DNA of 64,000 bases from Ramazzottius varieornatus (taxonomy: Eukaryota > Animalia > Tardigrada): NCBI GenBank assembly GCA_001949185.1, contig BDGG01000004.1:397620-461619 (forward strand), given 5' to 3'. The position numbers and the translations under genes were made by a program. The stretch's first letter is position 1. Each line of letters begins with the position of its first letter. The notes below the pieces were generated by a model, which worked only from the letters and a program-made list of their open reading frames with translations, was not told the origin of the DNA and searched no databases. Of this stretch, positions 11,374-23,400 are shown piece after piece.

Positions 11374-12844
11374 GTACACAAAACTAGGCGTGATCGTGAA
11401 GCTCCCAGTGATAGTTGCCCGAAGTTTACTAAATCGTTAACAAAGGTTTCCTGAAAAGCAGCTTGACAAGCGTCAGCTACTGTAGATACCAGCACCATGT
11501 CAGGCAAGAAACATGCACTACCAAAGCCAGAAAACTAAGTTCTCAGTTTTGAAACAAACTAATTAGCAACTCAAGTCGAGGTAAACACACAAAGTCTAGG
11601 GTTCAAGAAAACTATTCATTGGTCTCGGCTCAGAGTTTCTTTGCCGAAGTCATAACAGAGGATTTGGAATTTTCGCAGATGGTTAAAACAAACGGTAGTT
11701 TTGACAGAACGTTCGCATCTAAAAATTTTCAAAAATTCAAGAGTGGTAATTCGGCTCGCGATTCATGAAACGAAGGGGGGACGAACGTGAATGCATTGCC
11801 ATCAGTGAAGCTCTGGCTGGTCGGAAGCATTGAAAAGCATACTGTAATTCTTCATGAACTTGGCGAAGTACGTCATCATACGCGTACAGTTGAACCCCGG
11901 TCCGAAGATCAGTGTCGTGGACGCTGAGGGGCTTTCCTGGTAAACACGTGCGTCTAGTCTGGTTTCCTAGCTTTTTGCCTCTTGCTTTGGGAAGACCGAA
12001 CTCTTTTGACACTGAGACGGAAATTTCTCTGGGGGAAAAGTTGTTTTTTGCTGTTTTCCTTTGTCAAAGTACTTTTCTGATTACAACATAATCTTCTTAC
12101 GACCTCTGTAATTTTTTTGCGGTCTTCGCCAGCGGCCGGTTTCCGCACGCGAACTAACGGTGTCGTGAAGACATCAAAGCACACGAACGACTTCCAATCC
12201 GCCGTCGAATCCGTGTTCGCTTTCCAATGAGGGACTGGCATTCATGTGTAACGGTGGACTGATGAGTTTGACACTGGACTAATCTATCGTTGCGTATAAG
12301 GGTGCATTGTTGTGTTGTACGATGGCATAATATTTCTTATGCACTGAAGCGCGGCGAAAATGGCCAATGGTCAACCAGGAAAGCATTGTCGCTACCGAGG
12401 GAAGGCTCGGAAAAGCTCGACGTGCAGCTGTGTGACTCGACGCGTTAGTGCAGCATGGCGAACCCTTCGGTGTGCCAGCTGTCGTGCCTGGCGCTCAATC
12501 GGCACGATGAAACTGCCGACTCTGGCTTCAAGTGTGCCGTAATGTCATGCTCTGTATCACCGATCAAAAATCCAGCCTAGAAAGTCGGCCTTCGCACGAT
12601 ACTACAACTGTGATAGGAACAACTGCACCTGTAACACATTGTCCGAAAAGCGGTGCGGTAAGTGGAACTGATCCCAGTATACTATGTTCAGGAATACTAA
12701 TAGATTTCACTGTGGCAGCGCAGTATGTACACGTACGTGACGATGCACCCCCCTAGCCGCAGCGGATTACACATGTATTGATAGTAAAGCCGGACCGGAG
12801 CTCTACTTCACGTTTACGATGACGTATTGCGCGAACGCTGCGAA

Positions 12845-13045
12845 TTTTTCAGGCCGAGCGAAGCGAGGCCGTTTTAAGTCTGTCACGATTTCAATGGATG
12901 TCACAAATGATGAAGCTTTGTGAAATCGCAATCGCTGTACTCAGAACAGATGCGCAACTTGATCCGGGTAACAACAACAACAACAAACGTTTAATCGCGT
13001 TCGCTCGGCCTTCCCAGTGGTCAGGAGACTCAGGACCACTAGCTC
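12845..13045 (+). mobile_element. Non-autonomous Helitron/Helentron-type (HINE/DINE-1-like) element
   Basis: T-run then GGCCGAGCGAAGCGAGGCC; internal (AAC)n microsatellite; subterminal inverted copy TTCGCTCGGCC at 13000-13010; 3' hairpin AGTGGTC..GACCACT followed by AG. The same architecture occurs at 35421-35811 on the minus strand. Confidence 0.6.
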
Positions 13046-13269
13046 GTACGTAACTCGTTAATACTGGCGCCCTCTACCGACGCGGGAACTGGCATTCCGT
13101 GTCATTTTGCCCGGCAGGCAGCTTGTAGCAGAAAAAGTGAAGAAGCAGTATTAGCTAGAGAAGGTTGTTTACCCAGGTCTTATCGCCATTACTGTGTTAT
13201 TCTCGCCGCGGAATGTGCGATACACCGTAACAATTTCGTCTTCTTTCTCCACCTGGGCCGTAAGGTGAA

Positions 13270-14232
13270 ATGATGATGGAAAAGACTGAGCGCCATAGAT
13301 TTTTGCCATGTGTGCTCATCTTGATAACTGCCATCTGCTTGATATCCTTTTCCCTTCTTCAGCTGTTGTCAGGTCTCTGTGGGACCACACGAATGAGAAG
13401 TGAGTTTTATCCGGCGTCAATCGCATCTAGCGAAGCGCATGGTTCTGCTACGGTCGTCACATCTTATTACCAAATCCCTTCCAAGCATTCACATAAGAAA
13501 TACCTCGAATGGATGTCGAACTTCCTTGCTGTTATACCTTGCTCTTTGTATGTGGTCACCGATAACCAAAGCAACCCGACAATCGAGGAGATGCGCTTTC
13601 TTTGGAGAGACCGAACAGTCATCGATGTTCGCGATATGGCTAGCTTAGACTTCGAGCACAGCGACATATTCTGGATAGAACAACGACGCCATGATCCCCA
13701 ACGACATGTCCCTCGCGGGCCCGAACTTTACATGGTATGGCACTTGAAGACCCGCTTCGTGATGGAAGCCATCGAGACCAACCCTTTCGACTCCGAATAT
13801 TTCATATGGTGCGATATCGGGTCGTTTCGCCGAAGAGACCACGCGCAACTACTCAAGAACTTTCCGAATATTAGCACGCTGGAAACCCTTAACACAAAGA
13901 GGATGTATCTGTTGGCCATAGGCGGTCAGTTCTCCGAAGACGACCTTAAGCTACGTGCAGACGGACTACCGAAAAACGACATGTCTGTAGGACCCAACCG
14001 GATGAGCGGCGGGGTTATGGTTGGCCACCGGAACGCATGGATCAGATGGAACCAAAAGTTTTATTACGTTGCCCGTCGACTTACTTCCGTAGGACGTTTC
14101 ATCGGGGATGATCAAGCGGTTATGGCTAGTGTGGTTGTATTGTTTCCTGAGCTGGTACAGCTCATTTATCCAAAGCCTTATTATGGTGATGCAGGAAACG
14201 AATGGTTTTACTTGCAATACTTCTTCTCATAG
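13270..14232 (+). CDS. HtrL/YibB-family (putative glycosyltransferase-related) protein, intronless, with an N-terminal signal anchor
   Basis: 320-aa ORF. Motifs TVVTSYYQI, YLEWMSNFL, LYVVTD, K..FV.EAIETNPFDSEYFIWCDIG, GGVMVG and DDQ.VM resemble the HtrL_YibB family. Hydrophobic segment FLPCVLILITAICLISFSLLQLL. Confidence 0.7.
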   Translation: MMMEKTERHRFLPCVLILITAICLISFSLLQLLSGLCGTTRMRSEFYPASIASSEAHGSATVVTSYYQIPSKHSHKKYLEWMSNFLAVIPCSLYVVTDNQSNPTIEEMRFLWRDRTVIDVRDMASLDFEHSDIFWIEQRRHDPQRHVPRGPELYMVWHLKTRFVMEAIETNPFDSEYFIWCDIGSFRRRDHAQLLKNFPNISTLETLNTKRMYLLAIGGQFSEDDLKLRADGLPKNDMSVGPNRMSGGVMVGHRNAWIRWNQKFYYVARRLTSVGRFIGDDQAVMASVVVLFPELVQLIYPKPYYGDAGNEWFYLQYFFS

Positions 14233-14300
14233 TAGTCCACCTGAAAGCGAATGATTCCGACCGAGTTTTGCGGAACAAGTACCGACAAGACCTCTTCATA

Positions 14301-15206
14301 CGCTGTCTCCCAATAGTCAGTGATCACCCCCTCCCCCTAGACCTGTACGAGTACTCACAAATCACATCTGTTGTTCGTGCATTGCGGTTTTGATCGTTCC
14401 AAGTGCAGACGGAGGAAGGAGATTCTTTCTACTGTACATGGGCATGTGACTAGGCAAAGCCACAACCAAGATATCAACTGGCATGGCGAACTTTGCCGAA
14501 CTTCAAAACTGGGTGTTTTTCGGAGCAAGCGCGGTTTGATGTACGCGTTTTGAGTTTCTGCATCTGAGCACTTCTAAAATGCAGCAAATATCGGGCTTCC
14601 TTTAAAACAAAAGGTGAGGTAATTGGACGGTGCGTCGAGGAGTAATATGCAGCGACAGCATGGCTGTTTTGATGGTCTTTCTGGATTTGTAAACTGCCAA
14701 AAGCTGTATTTCTGAGTCTCAATGGTCAAATTGGTGCTTGTTTGTTGAAAACAGATGTGTTGTGCTGGGAAACGCCCAGCTTTCCCAAAGGTGTAAGAAT
14801 GATTCGAGCACTTCGAAAAGTTAGAATTTAAAGGTGGGTTTGACCATCAGAACAGCCATTTAAGTCGCTGCGTTACTCCTCGACGCGACGTCCGATTACC
14901 TTACCTTTTGTTTTGACGAAGTCCGGAATTTTGCCGCAGTTTTGAATTCCTAGGAAACAGAAGCTCAAAACGTGTACATCAGACGCGGTTAGTCCGAAAA
15001 CACCCAGTTTTGAAATTCGGCAAAGTTCGCCATGGCAGCTGATTTCTTGGTTGTGACCTTGTCGAGTCACGTGATAGACCCCGTAGACAAAATATTTTTC
15101 ATCCGTAAGCACTTGGAACGATCGAAATGTGCGAGCACAGGAAATACGATCTTTCTGAGCACAGGTCGGAAGGGGGGGGGGGAGAAATCGTTATTGGGAG
15201 ACATTG
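14301..15206. mobile_element. Palindromic (foldback) non-autonomous DNA transposon with about 380-bp diverged arms and TA flanks (Tc1/mariner-like ends)
   Basis: TA-CGCTGTCTCCCAATA ... TATTGGGAGACATTG-TA. The internal arms match, e.g. CATGGCGAACTTTGCCGAACTTCAAAACTGGGTGTTTT (~14482) versus AAAACACCCAGTTTTGAAATTCGGCAAAGTTCGCCATG (~14997). The arms end near 14677 and 14842. Confidence 0.8.
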
Positions 15207-15508
15207 TATCTAAGGGCAGGCAATTTCGAACAAAAGTGTTTCGCAGTTCGCGTAGTTTCAGGCAACTATGGTAAAAAATAGACTAGTATCTGAAACTGAC
15301 TGCTTTCAGTGGGTTTTTCTGAAATTATTAGGGAAATTTCTTGCGATTCGAAGTCTATCGCGTCTTTGAGTTTCTGGATCAGCTCTACCAACAGCATGAT
15401 TGTGCGGTTCACGCCCAACACTGGCACAAGATTCTGGACAACTTGCGTTTCTTTCGAAAAACAGAAACAACTTTCTGGTGTAAGTAGTGTGGATGTCATG
15501 TTGACGAT

Positions 15509-18451
15509 TTAACGAGCTTTCTTATTCTTGCGCATTTCGGCCTCCACTTTCAACTTTTCAAGCTCCCTTTGGGCTTCCTTTTCCCTTCTCGCTCTATCAA
15601 CCGCTTCCGCTTTGTCCAATTCCACCTGTCCCAATGCGATATGTTTCTCAAGTTCTTCGGTCGTAAACACGTGATACGGGTTCCGACAACATCTTGCACA
15701 GACTTGAAAGCGTAACATAAAAGCACTGTAGCGCAGTTTTTTAACCGCTTCAGCTTTTATCAAATGGTGACCAAGTCCATAACGCGGGTTGCCGCACCAT
15801 TCACAATGGTGACCACCACGGAGAACCACGGCGATGGGCTCTGGTACATACAATGTTTTCCGAACATCGCGGGGATCTGTTCCTTCTTCCATCATTTGTT
15901 TCGCGACAACGTCAGCCGCGAGGTCTTTGAGTGACGCCCTACGCCATACTGTGGTAATTGCACGGCGACCACTGGTCAAGTTTACGTAACAATCTGCCGC
16001 TAGAATACTCGAAAGACGCGGAAGTCGGATCATACATGCAGGTAGCTCGTAAATCAAGTTTCCGGAGATGTTAACCACTCGCAAAGATCTGAAAATATTA
16101 CGTTAGATGCTCATGTGCTTAATCTGTTACAAAGTATGTCGATGCATTCGGCTTCTCATACCTCATTTTCATAATTTCCCGAGGCATGTGCCTGAGCAGA
16201 TTGTACGAGACATCCAGTATTTCCAGTCCCGTCAAAGCAAACAAGCTACACGGAAATACAAAGATCACCTACAGTATAAGCACTCAACATCCGGCTCGGT
16301 CTCTGGTTTTGGAAAATCACGTGTCCGCTCAAACGCACCTCGACGGTATCTCGGTGAAAAGGCAAAAGCTCAGCACGAGGTAGCGAAGGCTCTTCAGCTT
16401 GCTAATGTGGTCGTCGATAACGATCATCGGGTTATTCCGCGCCCTCAGTATGGTCAGGTTCCTCAAGTAAAAGATGCTGCTGGGCATTTCCTGCAACCTC
16501 ATACATAACGAAACGTAGCCAAAAGCCAGCATATACAGTAGATGCAGGAGTCCGAAGCTCACCTCCAGCCGATTGAAACTAATGTTCAGTGAACGTAAAT
16601 AATTCCGCAGCCATACCAGTGGTGGTAGTCGTTTTAGATAGAATGCCTATAACGTAAAGAACATTTTTTTTCGGAATAAGATCGTCCAGGTGAGTACTTG
16701 CTGCGTACCTTCAAGCTTAATTTCTTCCCATGTGTTACGCAACATTCAACATACGTTACAATCAAAGACGCCAGATTTCCATCCGTTTTCCACATGACGT
16801 TGTCGGGAAATTCAGCCCGACACAGCTCCGCCCACTTTTTGCCATTCGGCAGCAATATCTCTTCCAGAATATCCTTAAATCGTCTGTCAGCCACAACCTT
16901 CTCTTCCGGCTTATCCAAACCTGTAATCCTCTCATCTTTCTGCTCAACCTTGATCTTTCCCTTCGGAACTTTGTCTTCGTGCTTGTCCACCTGTTTGATG
17001 TCTATAGTGAACAGTAGACTGTCCCTCTTTACCCATTCCTCCATTTCTTTGGCGGTCATTACGGGTGCCACGTCTACTTGATGCTCAACTGGAAGGACGG
17101 GAACGACGACAGCTGGAGATGGTCGGACACTATTCCTCTTGTCATGGATATGGGCGCCTTTACTCTCGGCAATGATCGCTTTCAACCGTGCATCATGCTG
17201 CAAAGGGGTCAGGTTGGAACTGTGGGTTGTACTTGGGTCAATCAGATGTGCGGGAAAAGGTGGTGGGGCATTGATGGAGACGAGGATAGGGTCGCTAGTG
17301 TGCATCGTCACTTCCTGGTGAAACGGATCGTTCAGGTGCAGGGTGGTAAGACTAGTTTTCCCACTTGATGGAACGGCTTCATCGTCGGCTTTAGCAACTT
17401 CCTGCGTACCTTTCCTGCTTCTGCGTTGGGATTCTTTGGCATCCGTAGCCGAAGCTCGATCTGCTCGAGGGTCTTTGAGTTGTCCAGGCTCTGCTGGTCC
17501 ATCTTTATATTCATCGAAATCACTGAAACCTTCCACGTACGTATCGGTAATCTGGACAACCAAAAATATAAGCTCATATACCTGATTCCGAGCGCGACAT
17601 GTCTCATAAAGCTGCCGGTCTTTGCATCAGGCCAAGGCAGTCCGGTCAGCTTGCGGAACCGGGCGGTGGACAACAGATCTGGTCGGGGGTTACTTACGTA
17701 CGAAAAACGGCTCGTAGCTCACTGGGTTCGATGATGTGCCGTGTAGTGACCCTCGTTTCCCTTCAGTGTCACGGCCCGTATCTGCATTCTGAAGCCCACG
17801 TTCTGCGTCGTTAGCTTCGCCATCAAATTCGGTTCCGATTCTCGCAGTTCGGTTACCCGCTGAATCTGATTCAAGTTTCCCCGTTCTCCCGTACTTCTGC
17901 GCTTCGGAGACGGACACCAGGTTCTGTCGCAGTGATCTTTCTAGTTTGGAGTGCAGCTTAGCATTAGGGTCTCGTTTTACATGGACGCCCGATTTCGAGC
18001 GCGTGGGCTTAACATGTTCTGGCCTTGCATATGGTGAGCGGCAGACTGGCTTAACTAATTGTTCTTCACTTCGCGAAGAGCCATCCAACACCTCAGCCGG
18101 TAGCTCTGCATGAATTGCGTAAATCTCTTGAAGACTTTTCTTGTCCAGTTTCCAAGGTCGGTGGGGCTTGTGTATCCCTCCATGCTTCACAAGGGCAGCC
18201 TTTAGAAGTTCGGGCGAAATGGCGGTGAACATCTCGCTGCCCTGCCGATGACGTTGCCGTTTCCCGTTATCGTGGTGCGGATGATGGTGTTTGTGCGAAT
18301 ACAGTTGCGAGGGACCATGCTCACGCTGCCGCTGGGTCTTGCTGTTGGCGTAAAAGGTATGTCTGATGTGGTCATGGCGCACTTTGTTGACTGTATCAAG
18401 TTCGTCATCTCTGATACACTCGCAATCATCATTAAGCCGGCAGTGTTCCAT
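15509..18451 (-). CDS. LRRC63: Leucine-rich repeat protein 63-like (multi-exon)
   Basis: LRRs YLRSLNISFNRLE/EMPSSIFYLRNLTILRARNNPM..LRYLVLSFC and VVNISGNLIYELP. C-terminal SLKDLAA..CEWCGNPRYGLG..FQVCARCC resembles LRRC63. The long disordered N-terminus lies in ORFs 17690-18451 and 16634-17563. Confidence 0.65.
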
Positions 18452-18616
18452 AATTCAATTTGTCCAGAGCCTGCACAACGTCAAACACGACGTACCGTAT
18501 GCTCTAGCCTCACAGCTAACGGGAAGTTGCACAGCAACAGAGCCACTTTTAAATCTGGACAGATTTTCAGTGTGCTTTCAGCCAAATAGGTTCGCTCCGC
18601 TGCCAAAGTTCCCCGG

Positions 18617-18949
18617 ATGACGGCAAGCGAAGTCGACGAGATTTCTCAAGCACGAAGTATCGGTGGTTCGCGGCGGTTCGAGATGAGTCCATCCAACAGA
18701 GCCTTGACACTTCTCACAGTGGCCGTGCTGATCTTTTGGACACCGAACACGTATGCTACCACTTGGTCTACTTCCACAAGTAGACATTGGAACATACCCG
18801 TCTTCGCCATTCAGACTTCGATGGTGTACACGATTTCATGGCTGAACCCGATTTTGTTTTATTCGGCGCTTGACAAGCTGCGAGCCGTTGTTGATCATAT
18901 ATGCTTTCGAATCATTGAAAATACCGCGATAGAATTTGCGCAACTTTGA
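18617..18949 (+). pseudogene. Class A GPCR fragment (TM6-TM7-helix 8 only)
   Basis: RALTLLTVAVLIFWTP (TM6, CWxP-like) and MVYTISWLNPILF..LDKLR (TM7, NPxxY-like). There is no room for TM1-5 before the divergent LRRC63 start at 18451. Confidence 0.6.
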
Positions 18950-19506
18950 GACCGGAGAGGAGTAGACTTTCAGGAACGAACACGATTATTCGACCATTTG
19001 GACTTCTACCCATATTATACAGTTGGACAGATATCGCAATACGGATCGATGCGAACTTCGGCATTGCGGACCATGGCAGCGGTAAACAATGGAACCGCTC
19101 AACCACGGCGCGCGGAATCTTTATATTGCGCGAGTCTGTAACCAAACGTTGAAATGCGTGAAAATTATTTTCGCCTTGACTGTCAGACAAGCGGACGTGC
19201 TGGAAATGTAGTTCAGAGAGACTTCGGAGTGATAGGGGCTTTGAAGGACGGCAGTCCACATAGGAAAAAAACAACAAATATGCACTCTCACGTTCTTCAG
19301 CAGACTATAAAGCCTAGCTGTCACGCTCACTCCTTCCATGGTTTCGCCATGCGAGATACCTACTTCAACAGTTTCGGCGGTTGTATTTAAACAGCCACAG
19401 TTTCATCATGTCCTTCAGCGAAATACAGTAATACGATTAGCTGCAAGTTTTCCCTCTCCCGTAAAGTTGTCGGAGAACTACCAGACCCCTTTCGCGGGCC
19501 GACATA

Positions 19507-20492
19507 ATGGACTATGTAGTGGTGATTGATTTCGAAGCAACATGCGACGTGGGTCAGAGAATCGGTCAGCACGTCAACCAGATCATTGAATTTGGAGCCG
19601 CTCTGGTCAATGTCCAAACTCAGCAAATCGTAAGTTCAAAATCTTGCTAGGAAGACGTACGCTGTGCTGTCTGTTAGCAGGCGGAACCTGCATAGCTTCT
19701 CGCCTTTCTTTTCTTTTTTTCTTACAGGAAAGTACATTTCACAAGTACTGTCAGCCGAGCGGCACTTTGCGGATTCTCAGCCAGTACTGCATGAACTTGA
19801 CAGGTGTTATACAAGCCAACGTCGATAGCGCACCGCAGTTTCCGGAAGTTCTTCGTAGTTTCGAGGAGTGGCTGCTGGAACATCGGCTTTCGCCAAACCC
19901 AGACAGCAGCGTTTCGTATATGTCGAGACGAACGGTGACATTCCGATGGATCTTGGCGTCTGACTCGTAAGTGTTATATTCAACAGAGATTCATTTCATG
20001 CACGTATCCAGCTTACGAGCCTTTCTTAAAGTTGAAGCGATATATTACCTCTAATACTGTTCATGCGGATGTCAATGTAGGATGTATGATTACACCATCT
20101 ATCTGTACAACGAATGCAAACTGAACAATATTCCTTATCCATCGTATGCACATCGAATTCTGACCATCGGGTCTCTCTTCAAGAACAATTACCTTCACGT
20201 CCCAGCGAGAACACGAATGCCAAATGGATTGGCCAGAATGCTTGAGCACATGGATATGGAGTTCGAGGGCCGTCGTCACTCGGCACTTGATGACGCTTGG
20301 AATTTGGCGCGTATAGTTGTTCGCATGGTGCAGGAGGGGCACCGGTATTCGTTGCGAGCAACTATAGAGGTCTTGCCAGACCATCAGCAGTATTCGAACC
20401 ATAGCATGCCGAACTCATGCGGCTACGTCGACTTGTTGGAACGGGAAATGGAGGACGCGTTGGACCGCATGTTCTCTCATAGATTCTTTTAG
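19507..20492 (+). CDS. ERI1-family (DEDDh) 3'-5' exoribonuclease, catalytic domain only. Exons 19507-19629, 19728-19966, 20081-20492
   Basis: MDYVVVIDFEATC..QIIEFGA (Exo I), TFHKYCQP..LSQYCMNLTGVIQANVDSAPQFPEVL, ASDS/MYD (Exo II) and LEHMDMEFEGRRHSALDDAWNLARI (Exo III). Canonical GT-AG introns are in phase. Confidence 0.9.
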
Positions 20493-23400
20493 CTAAACTA
20501 AATCAGACACCAACTTGCATACCCATACGCGGTGTACTCCACTTTGCTTCCACGCAATTTTTCCATAAAAAAAGAGAACCCACCCGGAAGCTTGAGAAGC
20601 GGAAAATACGCGGTGTAAGCTGAAAACTGTGTCCAAGATTCTTGTTTTTCGTGCTACACGTCATGACCCAAGCTACATGTAATTTCGGAATTTGGAATTA
20701 CTCAGTTTTTCATAGGTGCTGAGTTACGTGGCATTGTACTGTAGATCGTACAAAACGTTCGGCTTTGGAGGATCGGAAGTGTGTGGCGCCACCTTTGAAA
20801 GCCCAGCTTGCGATAGAGTTTGATGGAATTCTCATGAACTGTGAGAGGAACGGTTACGCCGACGAAGTACCTGTCAAGGCTGTCATATGTCCATTCAAAA
20901 AGGTGCTTAAAATTAAATCTGAATCGGTACTGTTGTCGACGTCGACAATCTGACTTTTCTTGGCGCCGTAGCTCGAGCAGCGAGAAGCGCGGCGTCCGCC
21001 GCCGACTCAGCGTGTTAAAGTTACGTGTTCGACCAAATTACCGAAAAAAGACATTTTCTGTATCGATCGTCGCTCTACCACATGAGACCACATCTACATA
21101 CTGCCATTGAAGTATGTACATTGCCACCATCGTACTTTCGCTTTCGCTGCAAAAATTGTATTGAGAAGAGCCACACATATCGGCACGTTTACTTGGCACA
21201 TTTTATCTCTTTATAAACAGGCCCTACTCAACGTACGGCAGTTATCCGCTAGCTTGGCCGGCTACTTGTCCGTCTTTGTCTCTTGAGCTTTTTCACCTTG
21301 TACCAACAACATTATCACTTTTCCTCTCCACCGCACTACCGGCTGAACACATAATGTAACCTCGGCCATGATATCTCTCTATTACGACTTGTAAAACTCC
21401 TTTTTCAACCGTGTTATTCACCGCGCTTCTGTCAGATGGTCAATCAGCTGTGATACCTTTCCCCTACTGTGATGACAACATTATGATACTTTCCAAAATT
21501 GATACCCGAAATTTTATTGGACCCATTGAAAATCTTCGTATCTGGGTGGTAAGTAAAACTAATCATAGAGAAGCACTATAAAGCAGCCGAAAGTACCGGA
21601 ACTATCGTAGAAGAATTCCGCATATAGTGTACCGTACTTTCTTCTACGCACGACGGTGGAATATCTCGAAGAAAATGTGTAGAAAAGTTTGCGGTGTATT
21701 TTTGGGAAAACATTTGCATATTGTTCAATGAAGCGTTGATGGATGCCTGGTCTTAATGGTATCCTGTGATGAATGTACACACATCCGTCACACTCCAGAC
21801 TGGACTAAATCTGGGACAGTGGCACAAACTCGATAACTGAGATGCCGGCACCGCTTTCGCTTGCTTTCACGTTTTGCATATTTTACATGCCGTAAAAGAG
21901 GCCGGCTGACTTTCTTCAACGTCTCCTGTTCTCGAAACGGGAACACGTTTGGGTTCCGTCAGCTGTCGTATTTACTCATCCGATTACTTCCACTTGCGGG
22001 ATTTGAGATCATTCGGTTATCAGAAGCGGTCTCTTTTTCCCCTGTGCACGCACTGACGTCACTGTCATTCTACAAACCCGCTCTAAAATCTTTTATTTTG
22101 ACAAGCCTGAAGAACTCGTCGTGATTTACGACGGACACTTTCTCTTTCATCATCCTTTTCTCACTTGGATCATCATATTCCTAAAGACTTTGAAAGTAAA
22201 GCTGATGATTATCACTTACATTACTCATAAATTAAGCGACAGTTGTGTCACACAAAAGAGGATAAAAAACTAGAGTAAACTGTCAAAGCGCTGTTACGAG
22301 TCGAATAGTAATGTTCCCTTCAGGCTAATATGTTCGTCTGTTTTCCTTTGATCGAACAATTTCCGTCCCCACACAAAACTTACAAAAATGCAGCTGTTGA
22401 AGCATGAAGCGAATTTCTCCTGTCAATACACTGACGTCTGCTGGGTGCATGCCACGAACGAGCAGTAAGTAAACACCGGTCATTGCTTGTGCATGCCGTA
22501 ATGTCTTGTCTTGTGTATACTTTAATTGACTTTCGGCTTTTTTGGTCCATTCAATCTCCTCGCAAATATCTCATCCAGCCAAATCGTTCTGCAAAGAATA
22601 TTACTTCTTCAGTCAATTAAGCACAGCGGGTGGGCAATGTACAGAGAATGAAGAAGAGCACATCAACTGGTCGTCGACCCTCAGTCCGAATTAGCATAAT
22701 ATTCAAGGCATGCTGGATATGTGCAGTGATCATATGTTTTTCCTATTGATGACAATGTACCGAAAGCATGGTGCTCTTCCTTCCATGCATATCGAAATGT
22801 TGACGGACGCCTTATCGACATGTCGCAGTGCAAATGGCGGTGGGGAGGTCTCCGTCTGCTGCTAAAAGCTTTTGAGCTTTGTTGTGTCGATGATGATGAG
22901 AGGGGTTTATTTAGTGGAGGAGACTACAGCGCTGAGGGTAATACAGTGTCGTGGCCTTGCAGTGGCGCGATAAGTCGCTCGTGTTTGTATATTGGTTCGT
23001 TGCCTTACTGACGGCTTACACTTTCGGCGACTCGATATAGCCACCTATTTTTCCCGCCGGCTAACGCAGCTAGACCACCTTCGACTTGATCAACGTTGAT
23101 CGGACGAGATCACAGCCTCGATTTTTACGAAGATACCCATATCATTTCCATACGAAGGTTTTCCATCAAAGTTCGAACGAAGGGAAACTAAGCTTGCTCT
23201 TTCACTAGGCCAGACATCGTGAAGAACCAACCTTTCCTTTTCCAGAACCAACCTTCGAAACTCTTCCTAAAAAATTCGCTGTCTCCATCCCTACATTTCT
23301 TTATCGAACTCACGCTTTCGTAGTGTAAGTTCAGGTTTTCAGCGCAATGAAGACTTGCATAAGCATGTAATCTATCGATCATGGATCCATTTTGCTACGG

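Noticed and set aside
11737-12241. Minus-strand ORFs as a transposase remnant
   Set aside because: No DDE, HTH or zinc-finger motif could be identified.
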